Positions 11,501-26,300 are shown, counted from the first letter of the stretch. The stretch: DNA of 64,000 nucleotides from Tubulanus polymorphus (GCF_964204645.1 NC_134034.1:13219062-13283061); one strand, 5' to 3'. The notes: a model not told the origin generated them from the letters alone. Translations and numbers: made by a program.

Positions 11501-14500
11501 GCCCGTGCCTAATCAGAGAGCGCGTTCACACGCAAACCATTCACTCGATACTAAACAATGCTCAAACAAAGCGAAGTGGATCATTTCCGGTACCAGTTGG
11601 TATTCAAACGTAATCATTATTGTCTGGTGCTAAAATTTGGCTCGGGCCTGGTCCGACGTTTTTGGTCGGGCCAAATTTGGCCCGGGCTAAACAGGTTCAG
11701 GCCCATTTGGCACCCGTGTGAACAGTTGTTCCGGGCCAAAAATGCTCGTGTGATTGCGGCTTTATAAGCACGAGCACAACATCAGAAATCTAAGCTATCA
11801 TTTAGGTTATTAATAGGATGTTTGTGACGAGTTAAAACCTCGTAACAAACCTTCAATTCATTACCTGATTGGCGTGTTTATGAAATGGGTTACAACCATA
11901 CCTGTATCCGTGTGATCGCAGCTCATAACAAATATTGCCGCATATATAGATATCTTAATCTAATACCGATTTCAGACATTTCTTTCATATCTTACAGATT
12001 CAAGGGTCCATAGCCGTGGCGGCTTTGTTTCAGGTTGTTATCGGTTTCACGGGAATTATTGGAATCATGTTGAGATTCATAGGACCGTTGGCTATTACTC
12101 CGACGATAGCTCTAGTTGGTTTATCGTTATTCGAAGCTGCAGCTGGTTTCAGCTCGAAACAATGGTGGATCGCACTTCTGTGAGTATACATCTAAATCAT
12201 CTGGATTTTATACGTTTCAACAGTCCAGTTTCCAATAGCTTGCTTTCACTAGTGAAAATAGAACAATTCTACCCAAATACTGAGAAAGAGGTTTGGATAT
12301 ACAGTAGACTATGTCCCGAATGAGCCAGACCGTATATACGGTAGACTGTGAAGCGGAAACAAGGTATCAATTTTGTTATCCTTATGATTTATTTAATTTC
12401 AGGACGATCGCATTGATCGCTCTGTTCTCGCAGTATCTCAGACGTATTCAGCTCCCATGTTGTAAACTGGTCAAGGGTCAAGGTTGTGTCAGACAGGGCT
12501 TTCCGTTGTTCACTCTGTTCCCGGTAAGTAGTCGTCCACAAGGGCACTTTGCACGTCAGTAAGTAGTGGGTTTTTATCTTATTATCCGTTCACCACGTTT
12601 GAGTGTGTTTATTGTGTTTTCTTCCCGACTCAGTTTCTTCCTTATCTCTTCTTTCATCGAGTACAACGAAATCGTTGTTTTTTATTTCAGGTAATTCTAT
12701 CGATAGCTATCGTTTGGTTACTCTCTTATGCACTGACGGTCACTGACGTTTTTCCGAAAAACGAGACAATGTGGGGCTACGCGGCACGCACCGACGTGCG
12801 CAGTCAGGTTTTACAATCGTCAAAATGGTTCCGATTTCCATATCCAGGTATGTATATATAGTTCTTGTTCCACCTATTACTGGCCAACTTCAACATGTTG
12901 ACGATTTTTGCCAGGTACGGACTTTTGTTGTTAAATCCGTGAGTCAACCGGCACTGATATGTGTCCTATCTGAATGCATGGTTTCACTAGGATTCGAACC
13001 CTCAACCTCTCAGTTGTGAGTCAAACACCTTATCCACCATGCCACAGGACTGGACATATATATTATTTTAAAATGTACAGGGTAGACAGGCGGCCGGTCG
13101 GGTGAACTTTTGAGCTCAGCAGAAATTAGAAGGAAGGTATCAATTTTTAGCCTACACACTACAGCATACAATGCACATATTATACGGAAACAACGAAATC
13201 AAATCCGTTCCATTTAATATGAAATCCAAATTTAACCCCTCATTTTACATATATACATTATGTATAAGAGTCGGCTTTTAGTAATACCCGGATTATGCAA
13301 ATCCGAATAAAGTGGGTTAAGAGTGTCTGATTTATTACTAAATCGAGAGAGAGAGTCTGGATTAATCAAATAATGTAACAATATATTTGAGGGGAGGGAT
13401 CAAAGGTGAATAATGATCGATGATAATCTCAAATAATCTAAATCCCCTGATTTTAACGTGATAGTACCCGGATTGTAAGTTGACTTTAGGTTGAATACGG
13501 TTTGTTCGGAAAACCTTTTAATTTCTCCAATCACTCTAAATGTTGAAATACGGTCCAAAATATCGCGGCGTGCACTCATAACACAAATGGTTCTTCGGTT
13601 GCCTGAACCTGTCCAAGAAGGTTCTTTGAAAAACCCCATCCGGAAAAGTTCTCCAAAGAACCCATCGCTTTGTTCTTTATAGAACCTTTGGGTTCCTATT
13701 TACCTTACAAGGCATAGGTAGACTTTCAATGCTTCGTTGTCTCATTGCGAAGAAGTTTCGATTTACCAAAGACTACCTTGTAGTGTATACATTAACGCAT
13801 ATTTAACGGGTCAAGAAGAACTCGCACATTACCGGGTACTTATGCTAGGTTCACACACACGATTTTTCGTCGAGGAATCGAGCAACTCACAGTCGAGGAC
13901 AACTATTTTGAAGTGAGTCATGTGTGTGAACGAAAAAGTTTCCTCGACACAACTCTAGTCTCGACTAGTTGAGAGAAATAGAACATGTTCTATTTCTCTC
14001 AACTCAGTCGAGGAGTTGAGAGAAATCTAACCAATCAACATGCAGTATATTCGCGCGCATTTTAATAGTCTTCCTTTCTGGTAAGAGAGGGCAATATATT
14101 TCTACAATTTCTACAATAAAAGAATAAACCTTTAAAATCTCATCAATCGCATGTCTATCAGATAATTGATATATGAGACTCATGAATTCTCTATAAAATT
14201 TCTGGAGTCAGGCGGTACCAGGATCCCCTAACACCGGGCATGATATATCCATATGGATGCTGGATAGGCCAAAGTCGTTTTATCACAATTATCTTTTTGA
14301 TTTCTGCTTAAATTGCAATTTCTTGTTCATCCTTCTATGCCTTCTATGCACTGCTGCATCTACGCCCAGCTGGAGTTGTGTGAATTAAGCTGTGTGTGTG
14401 AACACACATTTTGACACAACTTTGTTTATTTATCTAACCGGGTCAGAAGTTGAGAAATCGAGAAGTTGAGACAACTTCTCAATTTTCTCTTCAAAAAGTT

Positions 14501-17140
14501 GTGTGTGTGAACCCAGCATTAATCAAATTTCTCATATGCAATTCAAGTACAATACTTAATAAATGATCTTTTAGTCTTTTTTGAATTCTATATTAAATTC
14601 TTGAACGATTAGCCGGGAGGGTGTTTTGAATAATGATATCCGTCATTTCTTTCATCTTCTTAATTTCAGGTCAGTGGGGTTTACCGACGGTCAGCGTGTC
14701 AGGAGTGTTCGGAATGCTTGCCGGCGTTCTTGCTTCGATGATCGAATCCGTCGGTGATTACTACGCATGCGCGCGATTGGCGGGAGCTCCTCCTCCGCCG
14801 GTGCACGCCATTAACAGAGGTAAACTATACTACACCGGGCCGGGTCCAAGGGGGTATAGACGGTCTATAAAAAAAATCAAACAGTTTCCGTCTATGTGTT
14901 ACGTATTTGACTGTGTGTTAATCGATTGGGTTCTTTAGCAGACCTAGTAAGGGGAACGTTATGATTATACATGTCAGGATATAGTCAGGGTCATCCTGAA
15001 TATGAAATCGTATAAATGTAAAATTCGATTTCAGGTATCGGTATCGAAGGAATAGGATGTGTACTAGCGGGATTGTGGGGCAGCGGGAATGGTACAACTT
15101 CTTACAGCGAGAACATAGGCGCTATCGGTATCACAAAGGTGAGCATGACTCATATTGGCCTACAATCAATGTGATAGGCCCTCAATGGATCAAGGTCGAC
15201 CCTGATGCTGACCTGACAACGTTTCAGCATCGATTCACTCATTCTTGAACTAGTTCGAGAATGTACAATATTTCTGCTATAATACAAGTAAAGGAAATTG
15301 AAAATGGTTTTCTAGGTCGGAAGTCGGCGTGTTATACAAGTCGGTGCCGTATTCATGATGTTGTTCGGTATATTCGGTAAATTCGGAGCTTTGTTCGTTA
15401 CGATTCCAGACCCGGTTGTCGGCGGAGTATTCTTCGCCATGTTCGGTAAGTGTACGTCACTTCCTGTCTACTTTCCGATTTTCCAATCCGGTAGATGGCG
15501 CTACTCGATCTTATACGTTGTGTCATAATAAGTTTATTTTGTTTGTTTGTTTTCATTGTGGGATTTCTCTCGTAATTAATTCTGCTTCATTTTGTCTTCA
15601 TTCTTAAGCGTTTAGCATTTTGTTCTAATTCTGCATTCTCGGCGTACGTTAAAACGAAATTTTGAATATGTCGATTTCAGGTATGATAACGGCCGTGGGG
15701 CTTTCTAATTTACAATTCATCGATTTGAACTCGACCCGGAATCTGTTCATATTGGGATTCTCGTTGATGTTCGGTATTGCATTGCCTCAGTGGATGAAAT
15801 CGCAGACGAATCCAATAAATACTGGTACGTATCTGAGCGGGAATCTGTCCGCCTTAGAAATTTTGGGCGTTGCATTGGACCAATGACGAAACTTCCGCGG
15901 GTGGGAATCGAACCCTGGCAAGCGATAATGTAGTGAGGTGGGGAAAACCTCCGATTTATTAGTTAATTTATTGAACCAGTTAATCATCAAAAGCAAACCA
16001 ACATTATCGTTTATTTCGACTCCTGAATATAACCCACTAATGCGATAGCCGGTCGTGTTCTAGTATGTTTTCAGTATTATTTTGATTAATTCGTATAGGA
16101 AATGAAGTGATCGACCAGATCTTCACCGTGTTGCTTTCTACATCGATGTTTGTCGGTGGTTTCATCGGATTTGTTTTGGATAATACTGTACCAGGTAATG
16201 AACACAAGCCTATTTTTTCATCTTGAAAAGGGAATTTACTGGGCCGATTTTACATACTGGTGTTATCTTTAACCGGGGGGGGGGGGGGGCTTACTCGATT
16301 CATTTTCAATCGACTCGACCCCCAGGTGGAAGCTAATAACAGTCTATAGAATTGGCCCCAAGAGTCAATAAACCATTTGACATTAGCAAGTCGCCATTTT
16401 GTTTTGTTGAAATCCCTGGTGTCACCCATGGTGTCTCTATTATAGTAATTTTCTCGACGTAGCTTGTTTGCTAATCGATTGATATTCTCTTGCTGTTGCA
16501 AATCTCCGGCTCAGGTTTAGTAAGTTGCAGCCAAAGTTTTTGTAGTTTAAAGAAAAGTTAATCTAAATTGAATAATCAATTAATTTAATTGTTAGCATTT
16601 TTATTATCGATAGCATTATTGATTTAAGTATTACTGCACCATTCCCCTACAGTCTGCACAAGGTTACAGCGCCTTTATTATATAGTACAGCCTGTTGGGT
16701 TGCACTGGATGCCTCGTAACCATACTATGTAATTTGTTAAAAGTATTAACTGTTCATGTAACTATATGCATCATGGTTCACGAAATAACATTATTATTAT
16801 CATTAATATCTTGTATCTAAGAACGATGAATATACCCTAATATGGCTGCTGTTTGAATCGATTCGAAATGTTTTTTTATGATTTCGGATATTTTCTAGGC
16901 ACGAAAGCCGAGCGCGGTCTGGATCGATGGAAGAAACAACTGGAAGGCTCCGAAACGGGTGCTTCCCTGGCGTGCTACGATTTTCCGATTGGCATGTCGC
17001 TGGTAAATCGAAGCAGTTTCTGCCGATATCTGCCATTCTGCCCCCCGTTCGCCGGGGTTGGCGAGTGTTGCCGAAAACAAGATGGCGACGGATACCGTGA
17101 AAATAAGGCGCCCGAGGTCAAGGTTGAAACTCAATTATGA
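8530..17140 (+). CDS. SLC23A1/2-like: Solute carrier family 23 (NAT/NCS2 nucleobase-ascorbate transporter), 15 coding exons, ~628 aa
   Basis: join(8530..8562,9374..9476,9738..9856,10422..10579,11193..11281,11372..11430,11998..12179,12403..12523,12691..12847,14670..14819,15035..15138,15316..15445,15681..15824,16099..16194,16899..17140). All introns are GT-AG with consistent phases, 1887 nt total. Motifs: [56 protein letters not shown]. Exons 1-2 are the least certain. Confidence 0.93.
10015..10057 (+). ncRNA. Minimal type-I hammerhead ribozyme motif (Penelope-like-element type) inside an inverted repeat ~9975-10065
   Basis: GCAC-CUGAUGA-A-GCU...AGC-(G)GAAA-C-UC-GUGC; stem I GCAC/GUGC, stem II GCU/AGC. 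Confidence 0.55.
11449..11761. mobile_element. MITE with AGCCGCGATCACAC...GTGTGATTGCGGCT TIRs (Harbinger-like)
   Basis: TIRs; near-identical reverse-complement copy at 57064-57297; diverged fragment at ~56075-56225. Confidence 0.85.
12870..13053 (-). mobile_element. tRNA-derived SINE head and partial body
   Basis: Minus strand has A-box TGGCATGGTGG (13044-13034) and B-box GGTTCGAATCC (13000-12990) at tRNA spacing, without a closed acceptor stem. The 3' boundary is approximate. Confidence 0.6.
13843..14518. mobile_element. Non-autonomous PIF/Harbinger element (676 bp), TTA TSD
   Basis: TIRs TGCTAGGTTCACACACAC / GTGTGTGTGAACCCAGCA flanked by TTA...TTA; internal 38-bp perfect palindrome at 13967-14004. 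Confidence 0.85.
16241..16359. mobile_element. Harbinger-type MITE (GGGCCGATTTTACATACTG...CAGTCTATAGAATTGGCCC)
   Basis: TIRs; same family as the outer element at 56559-56895 and the end at ~18490-18510. Confidence 0.65.
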
Positions 17141-20100
17141 ACGCTCAGCGATGAAAGTACCGTGCAAGTTAATCCACCAGAAGGCGTACGTGAAATTAGG
17201 ACAACTGGATCTAAATGTAGTTTGTTTTTGATATGTGATAATAAGGCTAAAAAGATTGATACTTTGCTCCTCCTTTCTGTTGAACCCATAAGGTGTCCCG
17301 ACTAGCTGTCTATCTACCCTGTACATTACTTTCTTTTTAAATCATGATATAGCTTTACCTATAGAAGCTAAAGAAATGAAATGATAACAAATTGTATCGC
17401 TGCTAACTTAAAGTGACCCCGCCAGAAACGAGGTATCATTTTAGCCCGATTATACAAACAGGGTTGAGTTGAGCAAAGTTAAGTTTGGACTGGTTCCATC
17501 TATCCACGTGAGGACCAAATACCAAATCAAAAAGTCTGCAGTTGCCACCAGCCACCTCTTTGTTAGGGCCCACCGTTAAACTTAAAAATACTATTGCACC
17601 GTTTGTATTCTTTGGTGTAGTATCTTTGTGAATCCCATTGGATGCTCTGGGACACCTGCTGGCAGGTGTTTTTAATGTAATCAATATTTCTTACGAGCCT
17701 TTGTTTTAAATAAAATATTTTATATTCTATTTAAAAGAAGTTTGTTTTACGCATAACTTGTTCTCATTTCAATTGCGGTAAGCTCTCGGAAAATGTATCT
17801 TTTCGGATGTGCTTTGTGGGAGATCAGATTATGAAGCTATTGTCCGTTACACGTGTGTGGTCCGGTATATGGCGCTAACTACTGGTATTTGTGATGCAAA
17901 TGAATAGGAAATGACGTCATAGAAATGTCTCCGTCATACTGGATGGAGCTCATGCCGAGCGTTCAATCGCTGATTAATTAGGACAAAAACAAGTATATGG
18001 GAAATGTTGGTTGACGAAGAGACGAAACCTTTGATAAAGAAAGACATGTACATTTATGATCAGCACTTTCTCATTCCGAGAGTTCCATATTTAATTCCTT
18101 TGTCATGAGTGTGGGCTTTTGCCTGTTGTGAACAAACAAATGCTCGAAGTTCCATTAGTTAATCGACAATGGGAGCGGGAGGGGTTAGTTTTTGGTGCCC
18201 TGAATTTCGATATGGTCAAACGACGTTTACAATCTAGAACTTATGTAGCCATGGTCATATAGATTTCGTACGGGAACTATTGACGTATTTATGTCGAACG
18301 CATCCTTTTTAGTTTAAGATTTTGCAAAGTGTCCTGACAAAACACCCATAGGCTAAATTTCATAGATGTGGAAGAAAAGTAGATCGTGGGAACATATTAA
18401 AATTTTTCAGTAAAAACCATTTTTTCTCATTGTTGCTACGGTGGTTGTTACCCAGATTGAGAATTTACCCCTAAGGATAACATTGATACTCAGTCTATGA
18501 AACCGGGCCCAGGTGTTTGTAAACTGAAAAGTTCCTTTAAGAATGGGAGGTGAAGTTAGTGCTGTCAGTGTGCTGATAAAATGGCTAATGTTCACAAGTC
18601 ATCCTTATTTGGACATGTCTCAGGTGAACTGAACACATGTGAAGTGAGGATGATCAATTTGTGAAAGTTTGCAGAAGAATATCTAATGTTTGGTGTTCGT
18701 AGTTCATTTCCATGTGGTGACAAAATATCAGTGGGACAGACCTAAGCCTAGTTAATTCCAAAGTTCAGCTAACATATCTTCACAGGAATTCTAACTTGCC
18801 ATGTGAATCGAATATTGTTTCCAGAGTATTTTATCACATCAACCAAATTCCCCGTGATTTCCCTGAATACATGCAGAACCCGGCGTTATTCCTGTTTTCG
18901 ACAATGGTGCTCACAAGCAAGCCATCTAGGAATATTTATCGATAGTGTGTATTGAAATTGTACAGACGTCGGTGGATGAAATGATTCGCAAGGAGTAGTT
19001 TACACCTGATGATGATGCGTTGAATGAGAATATACACGAAAGTAATGTCCGTGTAGTGCGATGACTTGTTGTTTATTCGAGGATGTTGAAGTGTCTGTCT
19101 ATGCTTTTAGCATCGAGTAAACAGATTATCCATTTGTTGTTACACGAGCGTACATCCTTTGCTTTAAGATCAAGTAGCGCTTGAATAGTTGATGTTTTTA
19201 ACAATGGATAATGTAACATGATAATCATTCTGGAGAAATTCTAGCTGTAATGGGTGATGTATTACTGGAATATAAACCGATTGAAAAGTGTTAATTTGAA
19301 GGAATTTTTTCATCGCGTAGTAGACGGTGCTGATGATGACGCAATAAGGGCTACATGCTGATTTCCCGTCAGCGCGAACTCCTAGCTACATATCGATATT
19401 CAACGGTACCCAAAGTTTTAGTTGTCCCATTTGCTAAAGGAGGTCATCATATCGCGTAGACTAGCTACGTGTTAGGGTTATCTACTTTTGCTGTAATATC
19501 CGAATACAAAATGGACACAGGATAAAGTTATTGAAATTGTTCTATTTGGGATGAAATTCTGGAATTGTAATAAGTGATAAATCGTTATAGAGCTAAAATA
19601 AAATGATACCTTTATTTCGCCATATCGTACGGGTTACTTCTGTAAAGTGCGATGAAATGTAATATCAGTTGATTTCTATGGTTGCCGGGTCAGTTAATAG
19701 CCTGATCACGATTAAAAGAAGGTTATGTACAGGGTAGATAGGCGGCCAGCCAGGTCAAATTTCACGCAAAGCGTAAACGAGAAACAAGGTATCATTTTTT
19801 CTAGCCTAACCGAGGTTTCACTGTGGGTGAACGAAATAAAAAAGAATCAAACAACAAACCAATTTCATCGTTCTCTAGTCTATTATAACTCTATATAAAA
19901 CTTTTTTCCTATCAAATTTTCAAAAATAAAACCTTTTACATTTAATGTTGACAGTTACACAGTTACAAGTTGCTTTACTGTGAATACGGATTTCCACATT
20001 TCCACGCCCCGAATTCCGAGAAGGCCAACCTCGTATCATCTGAGTCCGTACGATCCTTTGTTCTCGAATAAACATCATGTATTCCGCGACGAACAAAGAA

Positions 20101-20988
20101 ACACGAACGACTCACCGTGGCATCGCCGGGTCTTCTGAAGTCGGGAGAGTCGAATAACGAGCAAGAGTTTGACGCATAAAAACGCTGCCTTTACAAAGTG
20201 AAATTGGGATGATTGAAGTTTGAGAAGGTAGACTCTGCCAGGCTCAGTGGTCGGCTATAAGCACCGCATTCAAAGGGCCTCTGCGACGAACCACCCATAG
20301 ACACGTACATATTAGAAGTATCCGCTTCGCCGATCAAGCGCACTTTAGAAAGGACATGTTCATCTTGTATAGAACATCGGTCTATTGCTGCCCCAGTAGC
20401 AGTATTGTATGGGTGTTTACTGTAATACAAAATGGTTGTTATTCAGCAATTGAAAAAGTTCGTCTATCGGAGAATGGAGAGTTTCGCCAGCAGCGTTTTA
20501 CGAGTACGCGAACGTGTGACGTACGGCCTTTTTCTCGTGACGTCACGGTTTTGTGCGCGGTAATTCCCGTGCTAGCGAGCCACAGGAATGTACGTCCACT
20601 ACGCGTGGAGGCAGACGCGAGTACGTGAATGCGGGTATTTAGACGTTCGCCTACTCGTAACACATGGTACCGAAACTCTTTAAGATCGATTTCAACTCGA
20701 AACTTCAAGTATGTTGTTGACGTGTTAGTAATGTACCGTGTAACCTCTAAGGCTCTGAACTGAGGGAAATCCATATTCACAAGCAACTAAAATACGTACA
20801 TGTTCTAGATATAAAATATACTTTGATTCGCGTTGTTTTCGGTGTCCATACGTGAAGTCATAAAAACACACGAAATCAACGTACATTATTTACACACACG
20901 GTTAGAAAAAATTACAAAAAAGGAAAACAAATAACGAAATAAGCGGCGTCGCAAACTTGCCAATTACGAAAAACAGGTTATCGAAATA

Positions 20989-21132
20989 CAGTAAACCTCG
21001 CCTTAGGACGTTTTACCAACTCGGACAAAACCGCGATCATCTTTCGAACATGTTTCCTGCCTTTAAACTCGGACTTCGCTTACCTCGCTTTTGATGGTCC
21101 CAGTTTGCCAGCGAGTTAGGCCAGGCTTACTG
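20989..21132. mobile_element. Tc1/mariner(pogo)-type MITE, TA TSD
   Basis: TA-CAGTAAACCTCGCCT...AGGCCAGGCTTACTG-TA. Confidence 0.6.
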
Positions 21133-23329
21133 TATTCTTTTAGACGACCCGGCTCCTCCACACGAACTCGGGAATGATCAGGTCGGTAGATCACTCTCAG
21201 TTTCAGATGAGAGGTTTCTGAATACTCGACGTATTCACCCGATGCTTGCCCAACTCTATCAATAATGCAAAGCCTTTAACCGATTCATCTTTTATTAACA
21301 TGGACGCGCGATATGAGGTCCAACCTTTCGTTTCGAACTCCGATCTAAAGATGTAGAACGTCATAACGCGTGCTGAATTACACAAACCGTGCAAACGTAC
21401 ATAGAAAAACCTCACGCGATAACACTAAACTATCAATGTAACATAGAACTTCCAATTCACAATTTGCAACTTTGCCAACGCGACAGGTTTTTAAAAACGT
21501 ATTTGACAAGGCACTCTGTACGAGCTTACCCACAAAACCGGCTCATACAAAGGACTGAAAACAGCTTTACAAATACATTAACCACAGCGTTACGTGAGTT
21601 CGTGCATTGTACGCGGACGAAACTGATTGCCTTAATCTGAATAACTAGCGCTGGATGAATCGTCCAGTTTTAGAGACACCAGCTACTATAACAGTGTACA
21701 CGGACAAGTTTTCGACAGTCGCGCTGACTGCATAGACTTCAAGAAACGAAAACAATGTTGTAGTCGTAGAAGTCATACCATATACATGTGTACATCATTG
21801 ATTTTGGGAGAAAATGTGAAAGCGAGTTCTTTCTTATCGACAGATCAAAAACTCAAATACAGATCAATAGACTTTATGCCTTCTTTAATGTTCATAGTCG
21901 TTATTCGCTTCCAGCTGGAGGTTCTGGACCAACGGAGTAAGGTGGAATTCCGCGACGCACTCAGGTTCCATCTAAGTAACGCATCGAGTTTACATCATTC
22001 GCAGTGCGGACGACGCTTTATGAAGTCATCGGATACAGCAGTAACCAATGCGTGACGAGCTGGATGCTCTTACAATCTCTACGTTACTTTTACAATCACA
22101 ACGTTATTCGCCGTGATATGTTACACGTTCACGCGATATTGAGAAACAAAATGAACGTGCAGTAAATTGCTTTCGATCACAAGAAGAACATACATTGTTA
22201 AATAGTGTGTAGACCTTCGCGCCAGTTTGCCTGGACTTAGTACAGTAGGAATAGCTTGACTTTAAACACAATTTTCTCTCCTTCGAATTATTTTTCAGCA
22301 CATTGCAAATGCATATTAGGTAACAGACAAGCGTACGCTTCGACCATTTAAAGCTACGTGACAGCCACAACCATTTGCCAATCTAATACATGCACTTTAA
22401 GTTAATAACATAATACTGTTCTCACACGGGATAAAATGCTACGGCTTAATACACTCAGTCGGTACGCAATGTGTGGTGTGGCAATGGTATAACTACCATC
22501 GCTGTAGTTGAGATGTCTTCTGAGATATACCGTCAGCGACCAGTCAGATCTATACGAGGTTAAATGCAATCAGTGGTTGACTTAGGAACCGTTTAGCGCC
22601 GTGACGACTTGCTGGTGAGCTCCGCGGAAGCGTACGGCGATCTGAGATCTGGAAAAAATGTTCGACGAACGTACAACGATTGTGAAACAAACTCAACAAT
22701 AAGCATGATAATGTGATCAGCGCGTTACATATACAACTATGATATTATAGTCCAACTCGCTTATCACCTAAGTTGTCCCAATTTTAAGTCCAAATTCGTA
22801 TTTCCAATTCACTGTACTAATCTATATTTCGAGTACCAATTTTGTGTTTCCAATTTATTGAACTTCCTAAAAATATCTCGGCCACTTCGATGTCGCCAAT
22901 ATAATGGCGTCCATACTACGACAACTTAAAGAAGCGAGTTTGACAGTTCAGAACACCCTACAGCTTATATCCTACTACATAACAGATGTATTTCTCCATT
23001 TGGAGAAGTGTCATATGGCCTCAATTGATCCTGGTTGAAGAGAGGCAAAGAATATGTCTCTCGTCAAACGACACGATAGGAACAATTGGCCTAGCATACC
23101 AGAGACGATTTTCACACCTAACCTAAGACACTCAGGCCTATACCTACGCAGGTTGGTCGATTACCCGCCATCTCATTGGGGTTGCCCTCTTCGCTAAGAC
23201 AGAGATCTCGGATATTGCATCTTTCAGGATGACTAAAACCGAGGGTGGGACTCATTTGTTGCACTTTTAGGAGTAGCTGCATTTTCCCACGTATTTAAAA
23301 CCCACACCACTTGCCTAGATCCACCCCAA

Positions 23330-26300
23330 CTACGTACTAAAGTATATATCTTGATACTTACCGGAGAACTTAATTTTGATCGGAGGCGTTTTTACGTCTC
23401 TCTTCGGGTTTAAATCGATGGTCGGACCCTGTTTTCCTCCCACGGAAATAGTCAACTTCAACGGCGCGCACCTCTCCAGGCAATCGCCGTTAGCCGTACC
23501 ACCGGTGCCGCTGGACGACGTCTTATTTTTCAGGTTCTCCTTGTCGGCCTCTTTAGTCGTAGTGGACGACGATCGGTAAGTTTTAACGCGTGCAGTAACG
23601 CGACTACGGCCGTTCATCCTGGCCGCGGCCGACGACAAAGTCAACTCGTCCTCACTGTCGTCCGAACTCGAGTCCAACGGACGGATGATACGTTTGTGCG
23701 ACTTTTCCGACGATTGCGATGCCTTGCGTTTCTTGCGTCGTTTCGCCTTCTTGAAATCGCCGAGGTCGTCGTCGCTTTCCAGTTTGCGTTTCTTGTTGTG
23801 CCGTTTCGTCGTCGTCGACCGATTCGAGCTCACTTCGCTGCTGTTGCTCGTTTGTCGTTTCGAGCGTTTTTTACGCGCGTCCAAGTACAATTTCAACGCG
23901 TCGTTGACGCACTTCTTGCGGGGACGTCCCCGGCCTCTTTTCGACGACGACGCCCGGCTCTCGGCGCCCGATACGTAATCATCGGGCACGATAAAATCGT
24001 TCATATCCGACGACTCCGAAATAATACTCGACAAGTCGTCGTCGTCGCTATCTTCATAATCGGTATTGTCGTACGAGTTCATCGTGTCTTTGGAATTGGT
24101 GCGTCTCGTTCTAGACGCCGCGGGCGGTTTGTACTCCTTTTGTCGTCGACATCTGATCGCCTTCTTTCTGCAGCCGCGAACGTGGCGGTTATACGTCGCC
24201 TTGCGCACGAATATAGTGTCGCAGTATTGGCACTCGATTTCGTAGAAGTCCTCTTCGCAATAGTCGTACTCGTCCTCGCCGTCGGACACGCGCCATACGT
24301 TGTTGCCGTTCGTCAGCGGAAGACGGTTGAGCCGGACGGTACACTTCGGGAATTCGATTGCGGTCACGAACGAATTGGCGCATTCGACGTCCTGAATGCC
24401 GTGCTCGACCATAATGTGCTGCAGCATGTTCTTTTCGCTGCACGAGAAGAAGTTCACGTTCAAACTTTTGCAAATCGGGCAACAAAGCCAGCAATTGTGG
24501 TTCGAATCGACGCCCGGGGACATCGGAGCCGTCGTCGCATTAGTGTCACCTGCAGAATTATCCGGCGGTCCTGAAGCGATCGACGGGTTGGCGCTTTCAT
24601 CGATGACCGCTTGAATAGCCCTAACACTGTCCATAATCACTTTGCTCATGTCTAGTCCATTGTTCGGAACGGTTTGCGTATCGCCTGGCTCATCCGCGCT
24701 ATCGGTCTCGGCTTTCGGATTATCTTTTTCGGACGCAGTCGTTTCGACAGCGACATCGTCCACCGTATCATCAACATCATCATTAGCATTATCAGCAGCA
24801 GTATCAGCAGCATCTTCCAAAATCGGGCTCGTCTCGACGGCGCTGTCCAAAACCGAATGTTGTTGGCTTAGTGGTTCGGAAGCGATTTCCTCGCTATTCA
24901 GATTCGTCAGCTCGGCTATGTTATTCCGAGTCGCTCGTTCGATTTCGTTGCGCGTGCGCACGATTTCCTCCGCTAATTTCAGCATTTCTCTTCGCGTCGC
25001 TTCGACTCGCTCGGCGTGCTCGCGCTGTTTGTTTTCGCGCGCCATTCGCTCCTGTTCCAGCCGCTCGGCTTCCAAGCGTTCGCGTTGTTCGCGCCTTTCG
25101 CGCTCGACGATCTCCGACCTGTTGTCCTCTTCGGAGTACTCCTTTATACGCATAAAGGCCGTGAAACAGTTCGTGCCGACATTCAACGACGGTTTATAGT
25201 AGTTCTGCGTGATCGGCTGTCGTCGCGATGGAGTCACGTTAAACACCGCGTACTTCTGATTCATCAGTTGTCGATGGCTGGTTTGTTCTTTCTGTATCTG
25301 TTGAGTTTTCCCGCTGACGCTGACAGCAGCTTGCTGCGCAGTCGCACCGGCCGGCGCTTGTTTTCGTTTTTGTTGTTGCTGCGCCATCATGCTCTTCAAG
25401 CTGTCTTTGTGTTTTTGCAGTCGCTGTTGCAACAACATGTCGTTTCTGAGCTGCTGCTGGCGGGAGTTTTGCTGATGTTGTGCTTGTTTCTGTTGAGCCT
25501 GTCTATTCACCTGGTTCTGCTGTTGCTGCTGCCTCAGCAGTTGTTGATGCTGCTGTTGCTGCTGCTGCTGTTGCCTCGAAGCGGACTCGTGTTGCGACTG
25601 GACGCTAGTCGCGTATTGACCTGCGTGTTGTTGATGTTGTTGCTGTTGTGTCGGCGGTGGAGGCTGTTGTTGTCTCTCCGTTTGTTGCCTCTGCCAGGAA
25701 GCGTACTGACTGGACTGTTGTAATTGCTGGTGGAGTATACTCGAGAATGACGATGAAACGGTCGTCGGTTGAGTCGGAGCATGTTGCAGTTGAGTTGGTT
25801 GTTGAGGTGCTTGTTGAGGCAACTGATAAGAATTCAACGACTGATAAAGTCTTTGCTGTTGAGAATGTGACTGCGCTGCTCGCTGCTGCTGCTGCTGTTG
25901 CTGCTGCGACTGCTGCTGCTGCTGCTGCGACTGGTCCGCCTGCTGACGATTGCTGGCGGCGAGACGTTTCTGAAATTCACTGATTATTTGTCGGTTTTGT
26001 ATTTGATCCGACTGTACGCACTGGCGCAAGGCGGTCGCGTAATCCGGTAATGCCGCGGACGCCGGCTGCGCTAAGATGCGATTGGTCGCCGAATCGACGA
26101 GGTAACCTTGCTGCTGCAAGCGCAACTGTTGCTGCTGCTGCAACTGGGCTACCTGTTGCTGTTGCGTGCGTTGAGCTTGTTGTTGCTGCTGCGTTTGCTG
26201 GGCTACTTGCTGCTGGTGGGAATGACCGACGCCCTGAGCTTGTTGTATCTGTTTCATTAGATTCGCGCTCAGGTGATTGCACAGAATCTGCAGACGCGGT

